Origin: Sphaeroforma arctica JP610
Taxonomy: Eukaryota
Direction: 5' to 3'
Length of the DNA stretch: 64,000 bases
Assembly (NCBI RefSeq): GCF_001186125.1
Contig: NW_014040248.1
Location: 12,045 to 76,044 of the forward strand
Shown here in pieces: positions 36,546-61,855 of the stretch. Within the stretch, counting starts at the first letter, position 1. Each line of letters starts with the position of its first letter. The notes under the pieces were generated by a model. It was not told the DNA's origin. It did no database searches and saw only the letters and a list, made by a program, of their open reading frames with translations. The position numbers and the translations under genes are program-made.

Positions 36546-38592
36546 GACTACAACTTTAGGTGGCAATATAGACTGTAAATATCTGATATATATATACAAT
36601 AATGTCAAGACCCGTCCAGCAAATATAGTTGGCGGCTAAATATAGAGTTAAGTGTGTTAATATATTATATAAGTATACATTTTAAAATAAAAGAGTTTAA
36701 ATATCGAATCAATCTGCCTCTCCTCGACTTCATTCTGATGACATTCCCGTCTATTCTGACTAGGCTTTGATAAACCATTGTCTAACATGTATGTAAACGG
36801 TGTTCGGAGTACTAGATCGCCGTTTCTTTAATCGACGATATAGTTTAACCATTATTACACATCAGTTCAACGAAGTGGTGCTTTGGTCATGTAAAGATCC
36901 GCAAATATCGTGATAAGATTACCAATATCCTACATTTTAGGGTCTCAAAGCATAACAGTTTCATAAAAAGTACCATCGTAACTTGGCACGGTTGTTTTAC
37001 GATGCTATATGTTTTAATCATCATGAATACACTGAGGTGTTCAGAGTGCACTGTACAGGGCACAAAGTCGATTAATTACTTGATAGCTATTCACCGTACT
37101 AAAAACAATTGTCGATTGAACCAGAAATCATGTACCTAGAGTGTGTAACCGTCATCAGCAACCTGCCGTAAGCTTCTTATATAATAAAGCAGTTTCATCT
37201 CGTGGATTAAAGCTGTGTTGTTACGGTCCACTTGATGTCTGAAGGTGAGCTGTATCCAACCGCGAGACCATTTTCGTCACGGTTTGATCGAGGCACAGTG
37301 ATGTATTAACGGTGTAATCTTGCATGTCCTATATGATCTCGACCAGGATAATGAGAACCAATATGTATATAACTGTATGTTCATATCCGCATTTGGCTTC
37401 AATTCGTATTATTTACAAATTATAACAAACACTAATCGAAATCTGGACCCTTATCGAACCTTCAGACTCTTTGTGTGCACACATCTACCGCGGAAGCACC
37501 TTTGTGCTTTCGGAATGCGCACCGATTATGAAAACGTATGCGCATGCGCATCCATCCCAGCTCTAAGGATGTGTATCTGCGAAACCACAAACTTATCGTT
37601 CGCACACGCATGTTTGGTTGCAATCGACATGCTGGGTTGCCGATACAATCCAGTCATACGCCTCGCCAGAGAAGTATATACGAAACCCAACTCACTCCCT
37701 GGTAACTACGCGCCCTCTTATGTCACCTAACGCCTTTGCTCATTGAGACCAATAAACGTCCGGATTATGCAGATGGATGCCATCTGATGCGAATCCGAAC
37801 CGCTTCCGTGTAGATGAAGGACCCCCCACACATGGCCAACTACCTTGCTTGTGCCAACGAGTGGTTGGTAGGTGCTACACACACTTGTTCTAGGCGTGAC
37901 CAGACCGCCCGTGTTCTAGTTATGCTTGTTAGTGCATGTGAAATTCATACTCGTTCAGAGGTGCCATGGACATGTAGATGTGGATGTAGATGTAGATGTA
38001 TAGTATCATGTAGATGTATCATATAGATGTACATGTACATGTATAGTATCAGGCCAGAAGGTGTGATTGGTGTGTCGACGGTCGGGCACACCGTCTACAC
38101 AAACATTTCACGTTCAGCGATTAGAACTCCCTGCGGCTGTCGAGACACCCCCTATCCGCATACTTATCTATTTGCGAAGATAGTGTACTATTGTTATGTC
38201 ACAGAATGTCATCCCGTTGCATAGATGACCCATAGAGTCCCCCCCCCAGTCGAGTGTGGCAGGTACTCATCCACTTGATTGACAACAGGTGTCTAGAATC
38301 CACTACGTTCATGTGGCAACAGGCGCTCAGGACCCGGTGCGCTAACTCGGCAGCACGTGCTAGTATGACTCATTCTGTCTGCAGCCGTCAGTCAGTATGC
38401 ACATCCAACGTAGCTCTCCAGTTCGACAAAGTTGTTCTTGTAACCAGTACGCTTATTTAACTAATACGCTTATTTAACTAGTGTGCTTATTTAACTAATA
38501 CGCTTATTAAACGACGGAGGCCTAGAGCTTGGTGACACCCGTCGACAAGGTCCAAAGCCTATTCACATCGGCGAGAGGTGCGTACAATTAAT

Positions 38593-38928
38593 CCTATAAC
38601 GAATTCCACAGCGTCTATAACTAATCTCACAGCGCCTATAACTAATTCCACAGCGTCTATAACTAGTCTCACAGCGCTTATAACCAATTCCACAGCGTCT
38701 ATAACTAATCTCACAGCGCCTATAACTAATTCCACAGCGTCTATAACTAGTCTCACAGCGCTTATAACCAATTCCACAGCGTCTATAACTAATTCCACAG
38801 CGTCTATAACTAGTCTCACAGCGCTTATAACCAATTCCACAGCGTCTATAACTAATTCCACAGCGTCTATAACTAGTCTCACAGCGCTTATAACCAATTC
38901 CACAGCGTCTATAACTAATCTCACAGCG
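38593..38928. repeat. 21-bp minisatellite, ~16 units, three unit variants in a higher-order pattern
   Basis: Units AATTCCACAGCGTCTATAACT, AATCTCACAGCGCCTATAACT and AGTCTCACAGCGCTTATAACC. A 17-bp repeat (x4) lies at ~38448-38510. Confidence 0.95.
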
Positions 38929-39145
38929 TGTGCCTATGCCGCAATGCGCTTCAAGAGATCCCACCAGTCAATCGAGCCCATCGGCCCACCCGGAAATAGG
39001 GATATAAAACCCAAAACCTTAGAAACCCTCACTACGCTGTTGAGTGTGGCCGACTCCCCGTGTGCGGCCCCAGTTCCCAGACCGCCCCAATCGCCACAGG
39101 TTAAACACTACTATGACCCTCTACTCGAGAAAATAATATATATAA

Positions 39146-39176
<31 letters not shown>

Positions 39177-39543
39177 TATCCTGTCTGACTAAAGCCCAAG
39201 AGACCGCTTCGATTGTCCGACAGCCTGTGATAGAAGTAGGTAGTTCGCCGGGTGTGAGTAGCATTCACTGTGCTACTTCAGACCTCAAATACCCATGAAC
39301 TGAGCCAAACTCCAGTTAGCTTATTTGGCGGCACGTGGTCGCCATTCCTTAATCCGTCACGTGAGATTATAATCCATTGTGGTCTCTTGAGATTATAGTC
39401 TATCCGCTTGCGCCAGACTCCCCAGTGCGTATTCGACGGTGTGTGATTGGTTTCAAGCGTACCATACGCTGTGATATGCGCCTCTACAGCATCCCTTATT
39501 CGGCGGCACGTGGTTGATAATGGTTATTCCGTCACGTGTGATT

Positions 39544-51716
<12,173 letters not shown>

Positions 51717-54410
51717 GGTATGTGTATAAACTATTGAGAAAGAGGATTAGTATAATCTACCGGTCAGTGGCCGTGCCTATGTATACGGTGCTTCTAAGCT
51801 AACAACAAGCCTGGTGCTGTCTTCTATTGGGATCCCACTGGGGTGTATTTATATTAAGGCTTATGCGTCTATGGAGTTCCGGTTCTGCTTGTTATCCAGG
51901 CGACCGACTATTCCCCTATGTTTCCAAACTAAAACCTTACACATGGGATGGTGCAAAGTACTTTGGAACGGGGGTGTCCTGGTTGTCTATATGGTAACGT
52001 AAATGAAAAATGTATCTAAAAAATAAATAGGACAATCAGCTGATCTCTGAGAATGACACATTGCCAGAATGCCACAGATTCCGTCATAACTTTGACTCGC
52101 GCAAAATGATATCAGATTTAGTCTTCAGAGACACGTGATATTGCCCAGTCGCCCACGTCTTTCGCAGCATAAACTGCAAATTGCGTGATGAATAATTGAA
52201 TACCCGTTAGAATATAAATAGAAGAGGCGAGCAGTTCTGTATCTTTCAATACGGGTGAGAATGAGTCGCAAAACACGAGGTGATATATTTAAATAAGCGG
52301 ACGCATCTCAGAACTTGATTGCCTGGGCAGGTTGTAGGTGCTTCCTGGGGTCAAATGGCCAGCGGCAGAGTAGTTTATACGGTCGGGATTACTGGAGTAC
52401 AACATCATAATGTAGTCAGTGCTTCGCCCTTTTCAAAATTACATCTACGCTGTAACGGATAGCTTTAAATCGAACGACTATGCTGACACCATTCAGGATA
52501 TATCTGGGTGCTAATAAATGGTTAATAAAATTGTGAAAGACAATGGACTTCATCTATGTTTTTGATGCTGTTGTCTTGTTTGAAAATCCTGAAGTATATG
52601 GTGTACAACAATATTAAGGAAAGGTTTGTACTTCATATTTAAACGCCCCCCTCCGTAGTTTGTAAACCGCTATAGCAGTGTCACCATGGCAACGGACTGT
52701 CCCGTTGGTATGGCTACGGTAGCTATACTCGCAGTTTCGTAAAGGATGTAAATATTGTTAAGCGCCTACTTGCCGATAAGTCACTAGAAAATTACATTTG
52801 GTATCTGTGTCTAATTTAGAAAGCTATGTATCTACCATACATGATTTATAACATGATACGAGAAGTGATTTTGCCTAGTTTATTATAGTTTTTTTGTTTT
52901 ATTCTATAATTAAGTCCTAGTTTACCTTGTTTTTACACTGTAGGAAATATAAGGTACGTTCCTTTATAGCTTTGCGTCAGTCTGACCATTTTCTGGCATT
53001 TTTCTCGAGTATCCATATATCTCTGGTCGTGGCTATCGTAGGTTCAACGCCCTTGGAATGTGTACAAAGCATAGGCTCAACAAACGGACTTTGTGCATCA
53101 TTGCTGAATATGGCCAGAGATTCGGCAGAGGTTGAGGAGTCTGAGAAAATCGATATGTACAAGAGTCATGATGTATACTGAGTCAACGGCCAGTCGATTA
53201 CATAGGTACTGCGTGCATGTGCAGTTGTGTATATGGTATGTATTTGAGTTTTTGTATTTGTTACGTCGTTGACAAGCACCTGCCAAGAACTTGTACTACC
53301 CACCAGGACTTTCTTCGCTACGAACCATGTAACTTTGGAAGGACAAAGAACATCGGTTGTATAGCTGGTGAGCATCGTGTACAGTCTATCGGCGGGATAT
53401 CGCCTATTCTCTTCGTACACATGAGATTGTGATATATATTTAAAAGCGCCGTGGGCCATAGCCTATGAGACCGTTACCATATGAGAATTAACATAGTCTT
53501 CTAAAAAAACAAATTATGATCCTATGTTTATTGAAATTTGTCATGGCCATTGTCCGTTCTCCCATATATTTTACACTTATCTAGTCAAGGGGATCATGAA
53601 TTTGTACAAATATTCATAGCCTTCTTCAAAAGACAAAATATTGTGGGGAAGAAAAAATGCTGTCTCAGGAGTCAGGTCAATAGTAAAAAACCTTTATACC
53701 ATACATCAAAAACTCTCTCTCTCTCTAAAAGAGAGCATATGCCACCAAAGACTCAGATTACCCGGAGGCGTTACCAAGACACTCCCGATCTCTAAAGATG
53801 TGGGACGGAATTCGTATTTTGGGGTGTCTTGGTACAGATTACCGCCTCATAACGAGCAATTTGGATCCTTTATAAAGCATAGGCCACTACGGAAGGTGAT
53901 ATTAATACTAATAAGACTCCTCAGATCAATAATTTTGTCACATCTCCAAGAGCATAGGTCACCAAGGACCCAGATTACCCCGCAAGAGTTACCAACTCAG
54001 ATCATGCTGATATCGTGGACTAGTGCGTATTGAATCAATTGCCTGATATGTAGCCTCATGAAACAAAGGTACAGCAGAAGGTCATGTCTGTAGGACTGGA
54101 ATACATCATCACAGGAGTACCTCGAAATATACTCTAGCGAGTCCACCTTTAGTGCCCATTTTATTTATTAGAACTTAAAATCGACCCATCCCGTGGGGAT
54201 CACACCGTAGCCTTCTAAATGAAACATATGATCACACGGTATATATCGGCAACCCAACGGCTCTCATGAGTGTGTAGTGTATACCGTGTGTACACTCCAT
54301 TGGCTATAACCCTAAACCCTAAAACCCTGCATCCAACCAATTGCATCAATACCAGGGGAAACCACTTGTATCTATATCCGCGGGGCTCCGTAGTCCGTAT
54401 GTATGTGCTA

Positions 54411-55286
54411 CTAAAGTTCATCCTTCACTACTTCAGCCTTGTCGGCCACTACAGTTTTGGCATCCACATCAATCCCTTGGTCTCCGAACCACTGCAGCCT
54501 GAACCTCTGTTCCTCCACTTTGGCTTCGAGGCTGGCGATTTTGTACTCGATACGCTCTCGCATTGAGAACTGACTCTTATCCACCTGAGGGGAGGCAGCA
54601 CATACCATTTAACGCGTTGGCCGTGCGTGTCATTGTGTAGGTAGCATACCATTTAAAGCGTTGGAAATAAGTGTCAAGGTAGGTGTTTCACTATGGGTTT
54701 CAATCAGACACGGATTCATATGCAAGTGGATAGGAGCATGGGCATCTACGTGACTAAATGCGTAGAAACTCAGGAATATATATATATAGATTCGAAAGCA
54801 TGCAACTACGGTTCATCAGCAGACATCAAGGTATACGAGACTACACGAGACATATGAGGAGGATCATTTGTAATACGGGAAACCACATACGTGCGCATAG
54901 AAAGATACAAACAATTTGTTCTGTTATGTTAATCTGAGTGTTCTTCCCCGTCTCTGGTATATGTATTACCTTAGCCTTGGCGGTTTCCTCGGCCTCTCGT
55001 TCTAGGCGGGCCTCTTTCTGGCAGCCACACTCATTCGCTGGTGCCTCGCGCTGTAAGATGATATGAATACGTACATGATTACTTTTCAATGTGAGTAAAA
55101 ATGATACACACATATACACACACATACACATACACGTACACACACACACACACACACATATGTGTGTGTGGATACATACATATACACATACACATACACG
55201 TACACACTCACACGCATGTTTATATATATAAATATATATATTATATATATATATTGTATATGCATATGCATATGCATATGTATATG

Positions 55287-55343
<57 letters not shown>

Positions 55344-56625
55344 GTATACGTATATATACATTTACAAAAATTGTTTTAGATTCATGCGTAAGATTCATGC
55401 ACAACTTCACATGAATATACACACACGGATAATGATAAATTTAAATGGATCTATGTATGGCGAGATATGTAGGGAGTATCGGGCAAAACCGCTAGTTTTA
55501 ATATTTGCAAGTCTATAAACAAGACACATTGGCCAAATACACCCACGCACACACACACATCATATACGGAAAATATGCTTATAAAAACAAAATATACAAA
55601 CAATCCCGAGTACATACGAGTTCAAATATATACACACACACACACACATAACATATATATATATATATATATATTAACTATATAACTAATATACACATGT
55701 ACGTACCCTCGCGAGACCATTGTGCTCTCTCCATGCATCGCTAAACTCTGCTTCCAAATTCTTTAACTTTTCCTGTTGCGCTTGAGCCTTGTCCTCCTGT
55801 TCAGCTTCGGCAGCGAAGTCTATGCCCGCGATTTCCTATAGATAGGCGCATGAGAAATATTAATTGAATATACAGAGACACCGAATATAGATTACTCAGA
55901 TATAATAAATATGGACTACTTTACTACAATAAATATGGACTTTTTCAACATCCAATTGAACTCACAGAGACACCGAATATAAATTACTCAGACATAATAA
56001 ATATGTACTATTTTACGATAATAAATAAGGACTATTTCAACATCCAATTGAACTCCCAGAGACACCCAATATAGACTACTCTGATCTACCATATACACCA
56101 TATATGGACTGCTTTATAATCCAATGGAATGGACAGACACACTACTAAAGATATCAGACTGTGTTGTTTGTAGCTCAGGCGAGACAACATCAGTTGCTCC
56201 GACGTCACATCCGTGTCCTGCTTGCGCTATGTTTGTCAGTTCGTGCGCCCACACGCGACTGCGAACACATGCATCTACTGCATGTGCAGGTATGCAACCG
56301 CAACACACATACATACACTTACAGCTGCATCTGTGCGATTGGTATGTATAGCTCTGTAGATATATACAATGAACCACTCCGTAAGAAATTCATGTGTGCT
56401 CATTAGTTTACATACAGACACACACAGACACACAGACACACAGACACACACACATATATATTTATATATATATGGATATATATATATAATACAATATAAG
56501 GTATACACACGCACCAGCTGCTTCTGGTAGTCTGCGTAAGTGTCCTGCATTCGCTGCAACTTCTGGTTGGCGGTCTTGGACGGCGCTGATTCGGCCTCCA
56601 AGATTTTGCGACGGAGCTTTAGGGT
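54411..56625 (-). CDS. 3' part of a coiled-coil protein ending in KDEL (probable ER-luminal protein); 5' exons unresolved
   Basis: Phase-0 GT-AG exons 56625-56515, 55835-55707, 55050-54970 and 54584-54411 give TLKLRRKILEAE...EKLKNLEAEF...EARLEREAEE...KIASLEAKVEEQ...VVKDEL*. An N-gap lies just upstream. Confidence 0.8.
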
Positions 56626-57599
56626 CTGAGTGTTAACATGAACGCAGGAAGTATAGGAAGACGAGAGAACGGGGTGTGAGGTGGCGTGGCGAGAGAGTAG
56701 GTGGTGTACCTCCAGAANNNNNNNNNNNNNNNNNNNNTCATTCATTTGTTCATCGTCACATTTGTTTATTTCTATCACCTTTGTTTATTTATAGCCCATT
56801 TTATTTATTTCACATTTTGTAATAACATAATCAGGGCACATACATATGTGTGGATTACGGGTCGTATTTGGCTGCGAGTGGCCAGAGTGTAGATGTATAC
56901 AGTATTGTCAAGGAGATGCGAAGCCAGCGACCGGGGATGATCCAGACTGCCGAACAATACCACTTCTGCTACAAAGCACTCAATCTGACATGAATTTTTG
57001 TACGAGGGAACAAAGGCCTGTGACAAGTTGATGATATGCATGAACACACACACACGCAAACACGCATAAATAGCACATATATATATATATATATATACGT
57101 ATACTGTGAACCAGTGTCGACACGGTGTCATATTGATTGGGCTATGGAGATTGGGGAGCATCCGTTGGCGGTCTCAGTGGAACGGCACCCTCGTGCACGT
57201 GTCTGTAGGTTGTTTAAAAACAAAAGTTCAAACATGCGTCATGCTGCACAATGTGAACACTCCGCAATTCAATTGACACGGAGATCCACAGTGTTCACAG
57301 GCATTACGCGGATCCACTTCTTGTCGTACTGCCCCGCCTCCTGGCCTATTGGTGGCGTTCATACTGTCGTGCGAAGATAACGGAGGCCGTGGCCCTGTCC
57401 TCTGTCCATTTTTTAGGGCTAGGGGCAGGTGCGTGTCTCGTATTCTCGATAGTTTAGGTCAGGTGTTGTCTCAGACGAGCGCGTCACGAGATTCGGACGA
57501 CAAATAAACGGCAAGAATTTCGCAAATTCGGTTTTAGGGTTTAGGGTTTTACCCATTGAAACCCCACTTCTGTAGAATCAATCTCTATATTATATACTT

Positions 57600-58400
57600 A
57601 GCCTTCTATGTAAACCACACACATACAAACACATGCGAACACTTAGTCTGATCATTTATGCTATTGCATATACATAGCCTTCAAACACATCAAACACATG
57701 AGAACACTTAGTCTGATCATTTATGCTATTGCATATACATAGCCTTCAAACACATACAAACACATGCGAACACTTAGTCTGATCATTTATGCAAACACAC
57801 ACAAGCACCTGTGGTATACCATCAGAGCACTTACACCGATGGCAGTAAACGTACTTTAATACATACGAATGTTCTTTTAACACTGATAGTAGTAAACGTA
57901 TTTTCATACATACGAATGGTCTTCAATACTGATAATAGTAAACGTAATTTAATACATACTAATGGTCTTTTAACACTGATGGTAGTAAACGTACTTTACT
58001 ACATACGAATGGTCTTTTAGCACTGATGGTAGTAAACGTATTTTCGTACATACGAATGGTCTTTTAACACTGATGGTAGTAAACGTACTTTACTACTTAC
58101 GAATGGTCTTTTAACACTTATGGTAGTAAACGTATTTTAATACATACTGATGGTCTTTTAATACTGATAATAGTAAACGTACTTTAATACATACTAATGG
58201 TCTTTTAACACTGATGGTAGTAAACGTACTTTACTACATACGAATGGTCTTTTAATACTTATGGTAGTAAACGTATTTTAATACATACTGATGGTCTTTT
58301 AATACTGATAATAGTAAACGTACTTTAATGCATACTGATGGTCATTTATACTCATGGTAGTAAGCGGACTTTAAAACATACGAATGGTCTTTTAACACTG
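57600..58400. repeat. Two tandem arrays: ~65-bp unit x3 (57600-57795) and 47-bp unit x~12 (57830-58400)
   Basis: GAACACTTAGTCTGATCATTTATGC recurs three times. CTGATGGTAGTAAACGTACTTTACTACATACGAATGGTCTTTTAACA is repeated head to tail with no spacers. Confidence 0.92.
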
Positions 58401-59118
58401 ATTGTTTTGAACTTGCATGCTATTTCCATTGCCTCTATTTAACTCAGTGTACAGCTACACTATCGCTCCTTGTTAAATGTAGGGGGCTATGATATAGGGT
58501 TCTAGAGTTTTTGGGTTTGCAATTTGTCATGGACCTACGTACATGCTCGATCCCAGGATGAGGGGTATATACACACGAGGATAAGGAGACCCAAACGCCT
58601 ATACATACCCCCCGTACACCCATACATACCCTCCTAAACACTCATACATACGCTCTAAACATCACACATGGTTCGGTACTTGTGGAGACCGTCAGAGGAC
58701 CACTCAACGCTGAGCGATACTAAAACCTTAAAACCCTAAACCCAGGCTACTGAACACTGGGCGATAGTTTAGCAGTACGGTGTGGTGTGCACACAAGAAG
58801 CAGTACGTAGGGTTTAACGATTCAGCGTTGTAATTATGTAAATATATACCATTGCGTGTATAATGAGCGTCGAAGTAATTATATAATATACCATTGCGTG
58901 CATAATGAGTGTCTAAGTAATTATATTTTATACCATGGTGTGTTCTATGAGTGTGTATGTAATAATAAACAATTGTGTGTTTAAGCGTAGAGCTCGGACA
59001 TCAACATCTAAAAATGCGATACGTATGTTCCCAAAGTGCAAGTCATCAGTAGTATATGTGCGTATCCAAACCTGTGTGTACTATATATATATATATATAT
59101 ATATATAGTAGTATATGT

Positions 59119-59607
59119 NNNNNNNNNNNNNNNNNNNNNNNNNNNNNNNNNNNNNNNNNNNNNNNNNNNNNNNNNNNNNNNNNNNNNNNNNNNNNNNNNN
59201 NNNNNNNNNNNNNNNNNNNNNNNNNNNNNNNNNNNNNNNNNNNNNNNNNNNNNNNNNNNNNNNNNNNNNNNNNNNNNNNNNNNNNNNNNNNNNNNNNNNN
59301 NNNNNNNNNNNNNNNNNNNNNNNNNNNNNNNNNNNNNNNNNNNNNNNNNNNNNNNNNNNNNNNNNNNNNNNNNNNNNNNNNNNNNNNNNNNNNNNNNNNN
59401 NNNNNNNNNNNNNNNNNNNNNNNNNNNNNNNNNNNNNNNNNNNNNNNNNNNNNNNNNNNNNNNNNNNNNNNNNNNNNNNNNNNNNNNNNNNNNNNNNNNN
59501 NNNNNNNNNNNNNNNNNNATATATATACATATACATATACATATACATATATATATATATATAATATATATACATACAGACATGCATACATGCATATATA
59601 TATTTAT

Positions 59608-59638
<31 letters not shown>

Positions 59639-59653
59639 CATATATACATACAT

Positions 59654-59685
<32 letters not shown>

Positions 59686-60521
59686 GTATATATATAATAA
59701 ATATATAAAATATATATATATTTATATATAATATTATATTTATATATATATAAATATAAAAATGATAAATATGTATATGTACACATATCTCTCTCCTAAG
59801 TTTTGGTGTTTATTGATGTCTGCCTGCATTGGGCTATGTATACTATACCTATCCTTATCTACCAGTTCTTTCAGTCAACACGTCATCGGCATATTATCAG
59901 ACTCTGACTTTTGTTCTAATGAACCAACGGATATCGCTTCGGTGGGTTGTCTTGTTTCTGTATGGTGGTGTGCACAATAGAGACCAACATTGAGCAGGCT
60001 AAATATAGAACAAGCTAAATATAAAACAAATTGAATATAAACATAGCTAAATATAGAACATGCTAAGTATAGAACAAGCTAAATGCAGAGCAAGCTCAAT
60101 TTAAAATAAGATAGAATTGAACAAGCAAAATATAATACATGCTATATATAGAGCAAGCTAAATATAGAACAAGCTAAATATAAAACAAGCTAATGTAAAA
60201 AAAGCTATATATAGAATAAGCTAAACTTAGAACAAGCTAAATATAGAATAGAAATTAGTATATTGATTATAGAAATGGGCTATGCTACATACAGAAGAAC
60301 AATTTGGTATGCTAAATGTAGTATTAAGATTGACTGTGTTAAATATAAAACAACATTTAAGTATGCTATATGTAGAATACCAATTTACCATACCAAATAT
60401 TGCAGAACAAATTTTATCCACAGCATTTAATAGCATTTAATGGAAGATAATATATATATATATATATAAATATATATATATTACCATGCTTAGATATAAT
60501 CATGACAACATAAATTGAGTA

Positions 60522-60552
<31 letters not shown>

Positions 60553-60573
60553 ATGAATAAATAAATAGAATAA

Positions 60574-60608
<35 letters not shown>

Positions 60609-60873
60609 TATATATATATATACATATATATACACATATATATGTATATATGATAGCATACCAAGTGCGGGCATCTCCTTCTTGCCCTCTGACTCAATCA
60701 CCATTGGGTCTACACTTGATTCGTTGGGGAGATGCGAAGGAACCTCAATAACACTTTTGGTAGTCCCGTCATCTGACGGACCGTCTACGAACTTCTCCTC
60801 AGCCGAGCGCCTGTTTGAAGATCAGTTAAGTGGATAGAAACGGTCTGAATATAGAGAAGAATGCACTTATATA

Positions 60874-60913
<40 letters not shown>

Positions 60914-61855
60914 GAGTATATATAATATNNNNNNNNNNNNNNNNNNNNNNNNNNNNNNNNNNNNNNNNNNNNNNNNNNNNNNNNNNNNNNNNNNNNNNNN
61001 NNNNNNNNNNNNNNNNNNNNNNNNNNNNNNNNNNNNNNNNNNNNNNNNNNNNNNNNNNNNNNNNNNNNNNNNNNNNNNNNNNNNNNNNNNNNNNNNNNNN
61101 NNNNNNNNNNNNNNNNNNNNNNNNNNNNNNNNNNNNNNNNNNNNNNNNNNNNNNNNNNNNNNNNNNNNNNNNNNNNNNNNNNNNNNNNNNNNNNNNNNNN
61201 NNNNNNNNNNNNNNNNNNNNNNNNNNNNNNNNNNNNNNNNNNNNNNNNNNNNNNNNNNNNNNNNNNNNNNNNNNNNNNNNNNNNNNNNNNNNNNNNNNNN
61301 NNNNNNNNNNNNNNNNNNNNNNNNNNNNNNNNNNNNNNNNNNNNNNNNNNNNNNNNNNNNNNNNNNNNNNNNNNNNNNNNNNNNNNNNNNNNNNNNNNNN
61401 NNNNNNNNNNNNNNNNNNNNNNNNNNNNNNNNNNNNNNNNNNNNNNNNNNNNNNNNNNNNNNNNNNNNNNNNNNNNNNNNNNNNNNNNNNNNNNNNNNNN
61501 NNNNNNNNNNNNNNNNNNNNNNNNNNNNNNNNNNNNNNNNNNNNNNNNNNNNNNNNNNNNNNNNNNNNNNNNNNNNNNNNNNNNNNNNNNNNNNNNNNNN
61601 NNNNNNNNNNNNNNNNNNNNNNNNNNNNNNNNNNNNNNNNNNNNNNNNNNNNNNNNNNNNNNNNNNNNNNNNNNNNNNNNNNNNNNNNNNNNNNNNNNNN
61701 NNNNNNNNNNNNNNNNNNNNNNNNNNNNNNNNNNNNNNNNNNNNNNNNNNNNNNNNNNNNNNNNNNNNNNNNNNNNNNNNNNNNNNNNNNNNNNNNNNNN
61801 NNNNNNNNNNNNNNNNNNNNNNNNNNNNNNNNNNNNNNNNNNNNNNNNNNNNNNN
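59119..61855. other. Assembly gaps (59119-59518 and 60929-61855; also 49917-49936 and 56718-56737)
   Basis: Runs of N, mostly flanked by TA microsatellite. Confidence 0.99.

Noticed and set aside
57830..58400. 47-bp array as a CRISPR array
   Set aside because: Units are head to tail with no unique spacers, no cas genes are present, and the context is eukaryotic.
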